Source of the DNA: an uncultured Candidatus Saccharibacteria bacterium
GTDB taxonomy: Bacteria; Patescibacteriota; Saccharimonadia; Saccharimonadales; CAYZZS01
DNA length: 57,529 bases
Assembly (NCBI GenBank): GCA_964620175.1
Contig: CAZUIL010000004.1
Location: forward strand, 1-57,529
Direction of reading: 5' to 3'
The notes under the pieces were generated by a model that made no database searches, had not been told where the DNA came from, and saw only the letters and a program-made list of their open reading frames with translations. Each line of letters starts with the position of its first letter. Position 1 is the stretch's first letter. Of this stretch, positions 8,357 to 17,542 are shown in pieces. Both the position numbers and the translations under genes were made by a program.

Positions 8357-9616
8357 ATGCGTGATGACAATATATTTCCCCGGGATTTCCTTTGGGGAGC
8401 CAGTACGGCGAGCCACCAGGTAGAAGGCGGGACGGTAAACCAGTGGTCGGTGTGGGAGCTTGCCCATGCGGCGGAGCTGGCCAGGACGGCGGAACAACGG
8501 CTCAGCCACGTGCCGGTATGGAAATCAGTGAAGCGGCAAGCGGCTACACCTGAAAACTACGTTTCCGGCCGGGGCGTTGAACACTATAAAAAGTACAAAG
8601 ACGACTTCAATCTCCTTAAAAAGCTCAATCTCAACTCGCTTCGTTTTGGTGTGGAATGGGCCAGGCTTGAGCCGGTTGAAGGGACGTGGGATCCAGCGGC
8701 GCTTGAGCACTACCGAAAGTACATCCGTGAGCTGAAAGCCCAGGGCATCGAGCCGGTCCTCAACCTGTGGCACTGGACGCACCCGGTGTGGTTTGAGGAA
8801 AAGGGCGGCTTTAAAAAACGGTCTAACCTGCGCTACTTCGAGCGGTTTGTGCGTAAGATTGCCGAGGAGTACGGCCGGGAAATTGGTTACGTTATCACGG
8901 TCAACGAGCCGAACGTCTACGCCAGCTTCGGCTACTTGACCGGCGAATGGCCGCCACAGGAAAAAAACCTGCTGTCGTGCCTCTATGTCTATTGGAACCT
9001 GGCACAGGCCCACAAAATTGCCTATAAAGTACTGAAACGCAAGCGGCCGACACTGCAGATCGGTGTTGCCCAGCAGCTGGCCAACATCCAGGCCAAGCGC
9101 CCGCATAACTGGATTGACCAGGCGGTAACCAAATGGATGCGTTACGCCTGGAACTGGTGGTTTTTGCTCCGTATCCGACGGTACCAGGATTTCTTGGGCT
9201 TCAACTACTACTTTACCGACTACTACAAGGCGCACAAGCGGGCTAATCCGGAGCTGCCGCTCAATGACCTGGGTTGGTATATGGAACCGGAGGGGCTGTA
9301 TCCGCTGCTGCTCCGGGCGTGGGTGCGGTTTAAGAAGCCGATTATCGTGACCGAAAACGGCGTTGCCGACGCTGAAGACCAGTTCCGCCAGTGGTGGCTG
9401 CAGGAAACGATGCTGGCGATGGAGCGGGCAATGAGCGAAGGCGTCCAGATAAAGGGCTACTTCCACTGGAGCTTGCTTGATAATTTCGAATGGAAATACG
9501 GCTGGTGGCCGAAGTTTGGGCTGGTAAAGGTAGACCGTGAACACGGTATGCGGCGCAGCCTAAGGCCCAGTGCGGTGTGGTGGGCGAACTGGCTCAAGAA
9601 TCGCAACGAGACGTAA
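8357..9616 (+). CDS. glycoside hydrolase family 1 beta-glucosidase
   Basis: FLWGASTASHQVEGG is the N-terminal signature, VNEPNVY carries the acid/base residue and VTENGVAD the nucleophile. The start is set at ATG 8357; the upstream part of the ORF-track ORF overlaps the AKR gene. No signal peptide is present. Confidence 0.85.
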   Translation: MRDDNIFPRDFLWGASTASHQVEGGTVNQWSVWELAHAAELARTAEQRLSHVPVWKSVKRQAATPENYVSGRGVEHYKKYKDDFNLLKKLNLNSLRFGVEWARLEPVEGTWDPAALEHYRKYIRELKAQGIEPVLNLWHWTHPVWFEEKGGFKKRSNLRYFERFVRKIAEEYGREIGYVITVNEPNVYASFGYLTGEWPPQEKNLLSCLYVYWNLAQAHKIAYKVLKRKRPTLQIGVAQQLANIQAKRPHNWIDQAVTKWMRYAWNWWFLLRIRRYQDFLGFNYYFTDYYKAHKRANPELPLNDLGWYMEPEGLYPLLLRAWVRFKKPIIVTENGVADAEDQFRQWWLQETMLAMERAMSEGVQIKGYFHWSLLDNFEWKYGWWPKFGLVKVDREHGMRRSLRPSAVWWANWLKNRNET

Positions 9617-9657
9617 GAATTGACAATTTTTCCTGCATATGCTATAATGTTATTACT

Positions 9658-9996
9658 ATGCCAGAAATATACAAAGACCACAATTCAAAAAAGCCGAACT
9701 ACTTGCTTAGGCGCATTGGTGCTTCAGGGTTAGCCCTGGGACTTGGCATTGGCGGAGTCAACGTAGCGGAACGCGCGGTTGATGTTGTACAGGGGCCGAA
9801 AGTTGAAGATTTATCAGAAGATAATAAAAACACAGAAGTAATTACCGTGGAACGCGGCGATACGCTTTGGGGTATTGCTGACGAGCGGACAAATGATGAT
9901 CCGCGGGCGCTCATAGACGCGCTTAAGCGACAACCGGATGCTCAAGATGGTTTGCATCCTGGTGACCAGCTTAGAGTTCCGAAGCTTCCGGAATAG
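9658..9996 (+). CDS. membrane-anchored LysM domain protein
   Basis: ATG at 9658, then an N-terminal hydrophobic segment and a C-terminal LysM-like module (ITVERGDTLWGIA...LHPGDQLRVP). Confidence 0.7.
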   Translation: MPEIYKDHNSKKPNYLLRRIGASGLALGLGIGGVNVAERAVDVVQGPKVEDLSEDNKNTEVITVERGDTLWGIADERTNDDPRALIDALKRQPDAQDGLHPGDQLRVPKLPE

Positions 9997-10133
9997 GCAA
10001 AGACGGGTGGGCACGATGCTGTTTTTGCTAGTGTTTGAAATTACCAGAAAACCCTATATGTTGTGGGGCTATTTTTATTTTTACCAAGCTGTGGATAAAT
10101 TATCAGTAATTACCCGTTTTTTCCTAAAAAAGC

Positions 10134-10186
10134 TTGCAGTGGGTAAGAGTGGGTAGTACACTCATGGCAGTGGGTAAACGTGGGTA
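10134..10186 (+). promoter_or_regulatory. predicted dcw promoter with four MraZ-box-like GTGGGTA direct repeats
   Basis: TTGCAG (10134-10139), a 17-nt spacer and TACACT (10157-10162). GTGGGTA occurs at 10139, 10149, 10170 and 10180 (spacings 10, 21 and 10 nt), 60-100 nt upstream of mraZ. Confidence 0.55.
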
Positions 10187-10245
10187 GCCCAAAAAGCACA
10201 GACTATCCGCGGAAAAATAAAAACCACTAGCAAATTAACTAAACT

Positions 10246-10605
10246 ATGGCCACGGTAGACTATTTTGAGAGGAAGCTCGACGACAAGCGGCGGTTAACCA
10301 TACCAGCCGAACTTAGAGCCGAGTTTGCCAGCGGAGTAGTCATTACCAGGGGCTTCAAGCAATATTTGCATCTGTATCCGGCGAATGTCTGGAACGAGCA
10401 GGTAGAGCCGAAGCTGAAGGGAAGTATCCTAGACGAGCAGACGGCCGACCTAAACGTACAGTTCCGGATGGGCAAGACGGAGAGCCCGCTCGACCAAAAG
10501 CAGGGCAGGGTGACCATCGAGCAGCATTTGCTCGACTATGCCGGGATAGGGAAAGATATTGTAGCGATCCGCGCCGGTAATTACTGGCGGGTCATAGCGG
10601 CGTAA
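10246..10605 (+). CDS. mraZ: transcriptional regulator MraZ (short form)
   Basis: Two SpoVT/AbrB-type half-domains each carry the DxxxR signature (LDDKRRLTIPAELR and LDQKQGRVTIEQHL). The gene sits at the head of the dcw cluster. Confidence 0.8.
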   Translation: MATVDYFERKLDDKRRLTIPAELRAEFASGVVITRGFKQYLHLYPANVWNEQVEPKLKGSILDEQTADLNVQFRMGKTESPLDQKQGRVTIEQHLLDYAGIGKDIVAIRAGNYWRVIAA

Positions 10606-10840
10606 GGCGGTTCATTAACAATTTGATCCAATTAGCGGTACCGGCTCGAGGTTAGCTAATTGGCAGTCAGCGAGTGGTAACCAGGGCACCACTTTAAAAA
10701 CCCTCGTACCTTACATAAAACACCTCCCAAAACTCCACCTCACACATAAGTCTCTCAAAACTTGCTAAGAGCAGTTAGAAGAAGCAGTAAGGAAACTTTC
10801 CTTGCAAACGCTTTCCTTCCAACATGTGCTCTTGGTACAC

Positions 10841-10919
10841 AAAAACAAAAACTTTCGTAAAAACAAAAAGCTGACTGCTGATTAGGTGACCTTGCAAAAA
10901 CAAAAAATAAAAACAAAAA
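10841..10919 (+). repeat. four copies of the 11-mer AAAAACAAAAA just upstream of rsmH
   Basis: Copies start at 10841, 10859, 10896 and 10909. They lie inside an unusually long (323-nt) mraZ-rsmH spacer. Confidence 0.85.
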
Positions 10920-10928
10920 TATGCAAGT

Positions 10929-11861
10929 ATGCACCACAACGACAATACACCACATATTCCCGTACTCGTCCGGGAAGTGCTCGAGTACCTAACGCCAGCA
11001 AGCGGTGAAACTTACCTTGATCTGACGGCAGGCTACGGCGGGCACGCCAGGGAAGTACTGGAACGGACCGGCAATTACCAGCAAGCGGTACTTGTCGACA
11101 GGGATGCAGAGGCAATCAAGGCATTGTCCAAAGCGTTCGCTGGCAAGGCAGTACAGATTGAGCAGGGAGACTTCCTTTCAGTAGCCAAGCAGCTAAAGAA
11201 AGGGGGGCGGCAGTTCGACCTGATACTGGCAGACCTTGGTGTATCGTCGCCGCACCTTGACAATGCGGGCAGGGGGTTTGCGCTATCGGGTGAAGGACCG
11301 CTCGATATGCGTATGGATACCCGGCAAACGCTGACGGCTGAGACGATAGTCAATACCTATCCCGAAGCCGAATTAGCCGCAATTTTAGCTACGTACGGCG
11401 AAGAGCCGAAAGCGAAGAAGATTGCCCGGCTGATAACTGAAAACCGGCCAATCCATACAACCACCAGCCTCGCGTCAATTGTTTCCCGGGTATGGCCTCG
11501 CCACCAAAGCAAGGTCCATCCGGCTACCCGTACCTTCCAGGCACTGCGCATTGCTGTCAACGACGAGCTGCGGCTGCTGGAAGCGGCGTTGCCGATATGG
11601 ATTGATCTGCTTGCCCCCGGGGGCAGGATCGGGGTTATTAGTTTCCACAGTCTGGAGGACAGGATTGTCAAACAGGCATTCAGGGAACAAGCTGGCGACC
11701 GGTATGATGCAATGCTGCGCATACTGACAAGGCAGCCAGTGATAGCCACCGATAGTGAAATTGTTTCCAATCCGCGTGCACGGAGCGCCAAGCTTCGGGC
11801 CGCAGCGAAAATAAAAATACAAAGGGAAAGGAGCTCTGATGCCGATCCAGGTCAAAAGTAG
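10929..11861 (+). CDS. rsmH: 16S rRNA (cytosine1402-N4)-methyltransferase RsmH
   Basis: HIPVL..EVL..L......Y.D.T.G.GGH and ..DLGVSS.QLD...RGF.. are MraW/RsmH signatures, and the gene has the expected dcw position. Confidence 0.9.
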   Translation: MHHNDNTPHIPVLVREVLEYLTPASGETYLDLTAGYGGHAREVLERTGNYQQAVLVDRDAEAIKALSKAFAGKAVQIEQGDFLSVAKQLKKGGRQFDLILADLGVSSPHLDNAGRGFALSGEGPLDMRMDTRQTLTAETIVNTYPEAELAAILATYGEEPKAKKIARLITENRPIHTTTSLASIVSRVWPRHQSKVHPATRTFQALRIAVNDELRLLEAALPIWIDLLAPGGRIGVISFHSLEDRIVKQAFREQAGDRYDAMLRILTRQPVIATDSEIVSNPRARSAKLRAAAKIKIQRERSSDADPGQK

Positions 11862-11975
11862 CTCCCGCACTTACAAGGTCCGCGTTAAAGTAATCTAAGG
11901 TTACTGCGGCCTGTAAGCAAAAAGGCGGGCACCATTACGGTGTCCGCCGCCAAAACAAAAACAGAAAGAAAGAAA

Positions 11976-12323
11976 ATGACATACTCCAGTTCGCTCTCAA
12001 TGAGCCGTCAGCGGTTTTCGAACCGCAACCAAAACGCGGTGAGCTTCCGTAGTACCACGCGCAGTCTCGGGCCTATCAGCAATACCATTATCTTAGTAGT
12101 GCTGGCATGCCTGCTTGGTTTGCTGTACTTGACACAAGTTACCAAAACCAACGCCTACGGATATCGGATAAACGAATTAAACGAACAGCAAAGTGCCCTG
12201 AAAGCTGAGCATGACGAACTGCAAGTTGAATCGGCGCGTCTCCAGGCCCTCGATAGGATTAAGGGGAGTGAGGTCGCAAAAAATATGGTTTCGGTAGCGC
12301 CAAACGCGACAGTCCAACAATAA
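11976..12323 (+). CDS. FtsL-like cell division protein
   Basis: Short bitopic protein with one TM (IILVVLACLLGLLYL) followed by a coiled-coil-like segment. It lies between rsmH and ftsI. The start is uncertain (ATG 11976 or GTG 11940). Confidence 0.5.
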   Translation: MTYSSSLSMSRQRFSNRNQNAVSFRSTTRSLGPISNTIILVVLACLLGLLYLTQVTKTNAYGYRINELNEQQSALKAEHDELQVESARLQALDRIKGSEVAKNMVSVAPNATVQQ

Positions 12324-12335
12324 ACAGGAATTTTT

Positions 12336-14102
12336 ATGCAGCCACAGCAGGCGTCAACAACCAATACATTGCTGAGGGTCCGGCTTTGGTACGGCCTGCT
12401 TTTAGCCGTGGCAAGCGTTTTTTTGGTACGCCTTTTTTATCTGCAAATCATCAAGCATGATTACTACCAAAAAGCGGCGCTCAGCGGCCAGTTAAAGCAA
12501 TACGAAATTCCGGCTTCACGCGGCATCATTGAAGCGTATAACGGCGATACGGTGGTGCCGATTGTCTTAAACGAAAAGTTGTACACGTTGTTCGCTGACC
12601 CAAAGTTTATCGAAGATCCTAAGCAAGCCGCAGAAGCAGTGCAGGCGGCAATCGGCGGTGACGCCGATGAGTATGAGCAGGCAATGCGCCAGGATAACCG
12701 CTATGCCATACTCGCCAAAAAACTTGATAAAACGGCCAAGGAAAAGCTCGATGAACTTGAGCTAAAGGGGATTGGGACACGTGAAGAGGAGTACCGGACG
12801 TATCCGCAAGGCGATCTCGCAGCGCAGGTGCTCGGTTTTGTCAACGATGAGGGGAAGGGCACATACGGCCTAGAAGAGTACGCTGATAGCATGCTGCGGG
12901 GCACTTCTGGGCAGCTGAGGGCAATTACCGACGCCCAAGGCGTGCCGCTGGTCTCTAACGAGGACAACGTGGTGATAGAGCCGAAAGCCGGAAAACGCGT
13001 GCTGCTTACGATTGATATTTCCATGCAGCAGCATCTTGAAGAGCTGCTCAAGGCAGGATTGGACAAGGCGCAGTCGCAGTCCGGCAGTGCGCTGATTATG
13101 GATCCGTACACCGGTGAGATAAAGGCTATGGCCAACTACCCCTCGTTTGACCCAGCCAAGTTTTACGAGGTTGATAATCCGCGCGTCTTTACGAATGCTG
13201 CGGTAAGTTCGCCGCTGGAAATCGGCTCGATCATGAAACCCCTGATGGTAGCCGCCGCCTTGGACCAGGGTGCCGTACATGAGCATACCAGCTTCTTTGA
13301 CCCCGGTTTTGTTACCGTTGACGGCAAAACCGTTACCAATGTCGAAGAAGTCAGCGGTCCGGCAACAAGAACAGTTACCGAAGTGCTGACAAGGTCGCTC
13401 AATACGGGTGCGGTCTATCTTCTGCAGCGGTTGGGCGGTGGGGAAATAAACGAACAAGCCCGCCTTACCTGGCATGATTACATGACAAATCACTTTCAGC
13501 TTGGCAAACTGACAGGGATCGAGCAAGGCTATGAGTCGGGCGGCAACATACCTGATCCCACCGAAGGATTCGGGTTGAATATTCAGTTTGCGAATACCGC
13601 CTTCGGACAGGGCATGACTGCTACGCCGCTGCAAATGGGAGCAGCGCTTAGCAGCATTATCAATGGAGGCACCTACTACAAGCCGCGGCTTATTGACCGA
13701 GTTACCGCAGCAGACGGTGAGGTAGAGGAAAAGGAGCCTGAAGTTGTCCGCCGTGACGTAATATCTGCCCAAGTGTCCGCGCAGGTAAAAGGTATGATGG
13801 AAGCAGTCTTCACCCGCAACCATGCCGTTTACGGTACGCCGCAGTTACGCCCGCAATACAGCATAGGCGCGAAAACCGGAACCGCACAAATCCCCAATCC
13901 GGAAGGCGGCTATTTCGAAGATAAGTATAATGGCACATTTATGGGTTTTGTGGGCGGCGATAAGCCACAGTATGTCGTTGTGGTGCGGGTGGACGAACCT
14001 GGTATCCCGGGGTATGCCGGGTCAAGGGCCGCTGGACCGATATTCTCCAGTGTCATTACGATGCTGATCGATAATTTTAAGATACTGCCCAGGAGCCAGT
14101 AG
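12336..14102 (+). CDS. ftsI: penicillin-binding protein 2/FtsI-type transpeptidase
   Basis: N-terminal TM and PBP dimerisation region, then the transpeptidase motifs SIMKP (SxxK), SLN (SxN) and KTGT. Confidence 0.85.
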   Translation: MQPQQASTTNTLLRVRLWYGLLLAVASVFLVRLFYLQIIKHDYYQKAALSGQLKQYEIPASRGIIEAYNGDTVVPIVLNEKLYTLFADPKFIEDPKQAAEAVQAAIGGDADEYEQAMRQDNRYAILAKKLDKTAKEKLDELELKGIGTREEEYRTYPQGDLAAQVLGFVNDEGKGTYGLEEYADSMLRGTSGQLRAITDAQGVPLVSNEDNVVIEPKAGKRVLLTIDISMQQHLEELLKAGLDKAQSQSGSALIMDPYTGEIKAMANYPSFDPAKFYEVDNPRVFTNAAVSSPLEIGSIMKPLMVAAALDQGAVHEHTSFFDPGFVTVDGKTVTNVEEVSGPATRTVTEVLTRSLNTGAVYLLQRLGGGEINEQARLTWHDYMTNHFQLGKLTGIEQGYESGGNIPDPTEGFGLNIQFANTAFGQGMTATPLQMGAALSSIINGGTYYKPRLIDRVTAADGEVEEKEPEVVRRDVISAQVSAQVKGMMEAVFTRNHAVYGTPQLRPQYSIGAKTGTAQIPNPEGGYFEDKYNGTFMGFVGGDKPQYVVVVRVDEPGIPGYAGSRAAGPIFSSVITMLIDNFKILPRSQ

Positions 14103-14124
14103 CGTATAATGAGGAACTAACGGT

Positions 14125-15171
14125 ATGGATTCATCCCTTCAAATATTCGTAGAGACAGAAACGCTCATCAGAATACTCATTCTCGGTTTTATGGGCTTTG
14201 CGCTCAGCATGCTCATTACACCGGTTTATACCACGTTAGCGTACCGGTTTGAGTGGTGGAAAAAGCCCCGAACCACGGCGATAACTGGTGAAGTAGCGAA
14301 AGTATTCGCCAAACTGCACGCCGCTAAACACAAGCGCCTCATACCGACCATGGCGGGCGTTGTATTCGTGGTGACGGTCGGGTTGGTAACTGTGGCGCTC
14401 AATTTAAGCCGGGCAGAGACGTGGCTGCCGGTGGCTGCCTTTGCCGGTGCCGGATTCGTCGGACTCGTTGACGATATTATTAATATCAGGGGTAACGGCA
14501 AAGGGGTGGCGGGTTTACCGTCAAAGCTTAAGCTGTTGCTTATTACGCTCATCGCGCTCATCGGCGGGTGGTTTTTCTATGCCAAGCTGGACGTCAGCAG
14601 CATACACCTGCCGCTTGTTGGCATCGATTGGCATATCGGATGGCTCGTCATTCCCTTGTTCGTACTCGTGGTCGTTGCTACGGCAAATGCGGTTAACATT
14701 ACTGATGGCTTAGACGGGCTGGCGGGCGGACTGGCAGCGATTGCCTTCGGGGCTTACGCGATTATCGCGTTTTTGGAAAACAGGTATGGTATCGCCGGGT
14801 TCTGCATGACAGTGGTCGGGGCGCTCTTGAGTTACACTTGGTTCAATATCTATCCGGCACGATTTTTTATGGGAGACGTCGGGTCGTTCTCTCTAGGGAC
14901 GGCGCTTGGCGTGGTAGCAATGTTGACCGACACCGTCTTGCTGCTGCCGATAATCGGCATTGTGTTCGTGGCTGAAGCCGGGTCAGTCATCCTCCAGGTT
15001 GCCTCAAAGAAGCTGCGGGGCGGCAAACGGATATTCAAGTCTTCGCCGATCCACCATCATTTTGAAGCCAGCGGCTGGCCGGAAACCAAAGTCACCATGC
15101 GGTTTTGGGTTGTGGGGCAAGTTGCCGCCTTCCTCGGCTTAATTATGTTCTTAACTGGGCGATACCTGTAG
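14125..15171 (+). CDS. mraY: phospho-N-acetylmuramoyl-pentapeptide transferase MraY
   Basis: Polytopic protein with NAVNITDGLDGLA and PARFFMGDVGS motifs. Confidence 0.9.
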   Translation: MDSSLQIFVETETLIRILILGFMGFALSMLITPVYTTLAYRFEWWKKPRTTAITGEVAKVFAKLHAAKHKRLIPTMAGVVFVVTVGLVTVALNLSRAETWLPVAAFAGAGFVGLVDDIINIRGNGKGVAGLPSKLKLLLITLIALIGGWFFYAKLDVSSIHLPLVGIDWHIGWLVIPLFVLVVVATANAVNITDGLDGLAGGLAAIAFGAYAIIAFLENRYGIAGFCMTVVGALLSYTWFNIYPARFFMGDVGSFSLGTALGVVAMLTDTVLLLPIIGIVFVAEAGSVILQVASKKLRGGKRIFKSSPIHHHFEASGWPETKVTMRFWVVGQVAAFLGLIMFLTGRYL

Positions 15172-15180
15172 GCGGTGCCA

Positions 15181-16428
15181 ATGAATACGTGGCGCCCCCG
15201 ACGACGTGCGGTTATCGGCGATAAAAGCCAACGCCGACACCGGCCGGACTACTGGCTGATTATTATAATCCTGACACTAATGGTTATCGGGGTTATCGTC
15301 GTCTACGCCATTAGCCCAGGCCTTAGCGTCCAGCGGCAGGTGGGCGAGAACTACTTCGTGAGCAAGCAGATAATCGCTATAGTCTTAGGGTTAGTAGCAT
15401 TCACCATTGTGTCACACACGCCTGTAAGGTGGTGGCGGAATGCTGAAAAGCCGCTGATTATTGCGGCGGCTGTGGCTGCGGTAGCGGTCCAGCTGTTTGG
15501 CGAAGAGGTCAACGGCGCTGCCCGCTGGGTGCATATCGGCGGGTTGTCGTTCCAAGCGGCTGAGTTGATTAAATTCGCGCTGCTGGTTTGGCTGGCGGGG
15601 TTCCTGGTGGAGCGGGCTAGGGGAGGGACGCTGAATGATTACCAAAGGATGTTTAAGCCACTGTTCATCGCTCTCGGGCTTATCGCAGGCGTCGTAGGGT
15701 GGCTGGAAAGCGACCTTGGATCAGCAGGGGTCATGGTAGCGATTATGACGGCGATGGTATTCGTAGCCGGTGTACCGCTGAGGCGCATACTGGCGGTCGG
15801 CGGCGTAGTGCTTCTTGGTACGGTGCTATTGATAGCCAGTAGCCCATATCGCCGGGAGCGCATATTTACGTTCATGAATCCCGAGCAGGATTGTTTGGAC
15901 GCCGGCTACCAGGCCTGCCAGGCACTTATTGCAATCGGATCGGGCGGTATGGTGGGCAAGGGACTGGCGCATAGCGTACAGGCCTACGGTTATCTTCCCG
16001 AGGCGGCGAATGATTCAATCTTTGCGATTTATGCCGAAAAGTTCGGCTTTATCGGCACCATGGTACTGATAGGGCTCTTCATAGCACTGTTCGCACGGCT
16101 GTTCCGTACCCTGGAGCGGGCGCCGGACAGCTATTCGAGGCTCCTGGTCACCGGGGTGTTAGCCTGGTTAAGCACCCAGGCAATCATTAACATGGGAGCA
16201 ATGCTCGGACTCTTGCCGCTTAAAGGCATCACGTTGCCGTTTATAAGTTACGGCGGTACGAGCGTTGTGTTCGTCTCGGCTGCAGCTGGCTTGGCATTCC
16301 AGATTTCACGGTATACTACGTATGGAGTAAACCTTGAACAAAACCCGACAGAAAGAAAACACTATGACAGTAATTCTAGCAGGCGGCGGGTCCGGGGGTC
16401 ATATTACCCCGGTATTAGCAGTCGCTGA
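15181..16428 (+). CDS. ftsW: SEDS-family peptidoglycan polymerase FtsW
   Basis: About 10 TM segments with the FtsW/RodA motifs (..LPEAANDSIFA.., ..LPLKGITLPFISYGGTS..). The C-terminal ~20 codons overlap the murG start. Confidence 0.85.
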   Translation: MNTWRPRRRAVIGDKSQRRHRPDYWLIIIILTLMVIGVIVVYAISPGLSVQRQVGENYFVSKQIIAIVLGLVAFTIVSHTPVRWWRNAEKPLIIAAAVAAVAVQLFGEEVNGAARWVHIGGLSFQAAELIKFALLVWLAGFLVERARGGTLNDYQRMFKPLFIALGLIAGVVGWLESDLGSAGVMVAIMTAMVFVAGVPLRRILAVGGVVLLGTVLLIASSPYRRERIFTFMNPEQDCLDAGYQACQALIAIGSGGMVGKGLAHSVQAYGYLPEAANDSIFAIYAEKFGFIGTMVLIGLFIALFARLFRTLERAPDSYSRLLVTGVLAWLSTQAIINMGAMLGLLPLKGITLPFISYGGTSVVFVSAAAGLAFQISRYTTYGVNLEQNPTERKHYDSNSSRRRVRGSYYPGISSR

Positions 16429-17533
16429 AGCAATCAAAAAAATACGGCCTGACGCCAAACTCGTTTATATTGGCCAGAAGGGCGACGTCTTTACCAATTT
16501 GACACGAGACCATGAGGCAATCGACGAAGTCCGGATGGTCAGCGCTGGTAAGTTCCGCAGATACCATGGATCGGGGTGGAGGCAGCTATTTGACCTGCCA
16601 ACTATTGCGAAGAATTTCAGGGACTTCTTCAGGGTACTTGCAGGTACGTGGCAGAGCTATTCGCTCTTGAAGCGGCTAAGGCCTTCGGTAGTGTTTATTA
16701 AAGGCGGTTACGTGGGAGTGCCTGTCGGTGTTGCCGCAGCATTGCTTGGTGTCCCGTACGTGACTCATGACTCTGACAGTCAGCCTGGACTCGCTAACCG
16801 GCTGGTCAGCCGGTGGGCGGCGAAGCATGCCGTCGCGATGCCGGTAGAGCTGTATCCGTACAGGGAAGAAAAGACTATCAAGGTCGGAGTACCAGTTAGC
16901 CAGGAGTTCCAACTCGTTACTCCAGAAAAGCAGCGGCAATATAAACAGGAAACCGGCATCCCGGAGGATGCTCAATTCGTGGTAGTGACCGGCGGCGGGC
17001 TGGGGGCAATGCGTATTAACCAAGCGTTACTACATTCACTGCCGCAACTGCTGAAGCAACAACCACGGCTGTACGTGGCGGTCTTTACCGGCCGGAAAAA
17101 CTACCGGCTATTTAACGAGCAGCTCGCACAATTGGAGGGCTTTGATAAAAAGCGGGTTATCGTAAGAGATTTTGCAGCCGATATTTATCGCTATATGGGG
17201 GCTGCAGATATTGTCATTACGAGGGCAGGGGCAACCAGCCTGGCTGAGTTGGCAGCTATGGGGAAGGCCAGTATCGTTATACCTAACCCTCTCTTGGCTG
17301 GCGGCCATCAAGTGAAGAACGCGAAAGTGCTGGCGGGCAGGGGAGCGGCTATGATAGTCAGCGAGGACGAATTACGGCAATCACCTGAGCGGCTAGGCGA
17401 CGCCGTTATTGAATTGTTATCAAATCCACAACATACGACACGTTTAGCTGGCGCTTTCCATACGTTGGCCAATCCAAGCGCTGCTGATGAACTCGCAGCG
17501 ATTATAGTAAACCAGGCCAAGGCGCAGGAATAG
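16364..17533 (+). CDS. murG: UDP-N-acetylglucosamine--lipid I transferase MurG
   Basis: MTVILAGGGSGGHITP is the G-loop and a C-terminal GT28 domain is present (ITRAGATSLAEL). ATG 16364 is preferred over the upstream TTG at 16334. Confidence 0.85.
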   Translation: MTVILAGGGSGGHITPVLAVAEAIKKIRPDAKLVYIGQKGDVFTNLTRDHEAIDEVRMVSAGKFRRYHGSGWRQLFDLPTIAKNFRDFFRVLAGTWQSYSLLKRLRPSVVFIKGGYVGVPVGVAAALLGVPYVTHDSDSQPGLANRLVSRWAAKHAVAMPVELYPYREEKTIKVGVPVSQEFQLVTPEKQRQYKQETGIPEDAQFVVVTGGGLGAMRINQALLHSLPQLLKQQPRLYVAVFTGRKNYRLFNEQLAQLEGFDKKRVIVRDFAADIYRYMGAADIVITRAGATSLAELAAMGKASIVIPNPLLAGGHQVKNAKVLAGRGAAMIVSEDELRQSPERLGDAVIELLSNPQHTTRLAGAFHTLANPSAADELAAIIVNQAKAQE

Positions 17534-17542
17534 CAGTACCCT

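Noticed and set aside
8525-9544. 339-aa minus-strand ORF
   Set aside because: It is fully antisense to the well-supported GH1 gene. Comparable long antisense ORFs at 12870..13823 (vs ftsI), 25820..26602 (vs der), 28772..29479 (vs the kinase), 38941..39564 (vs the TraD-like gene) and 50657..51616 (vs the ABC permease) are rejected for the same reason.
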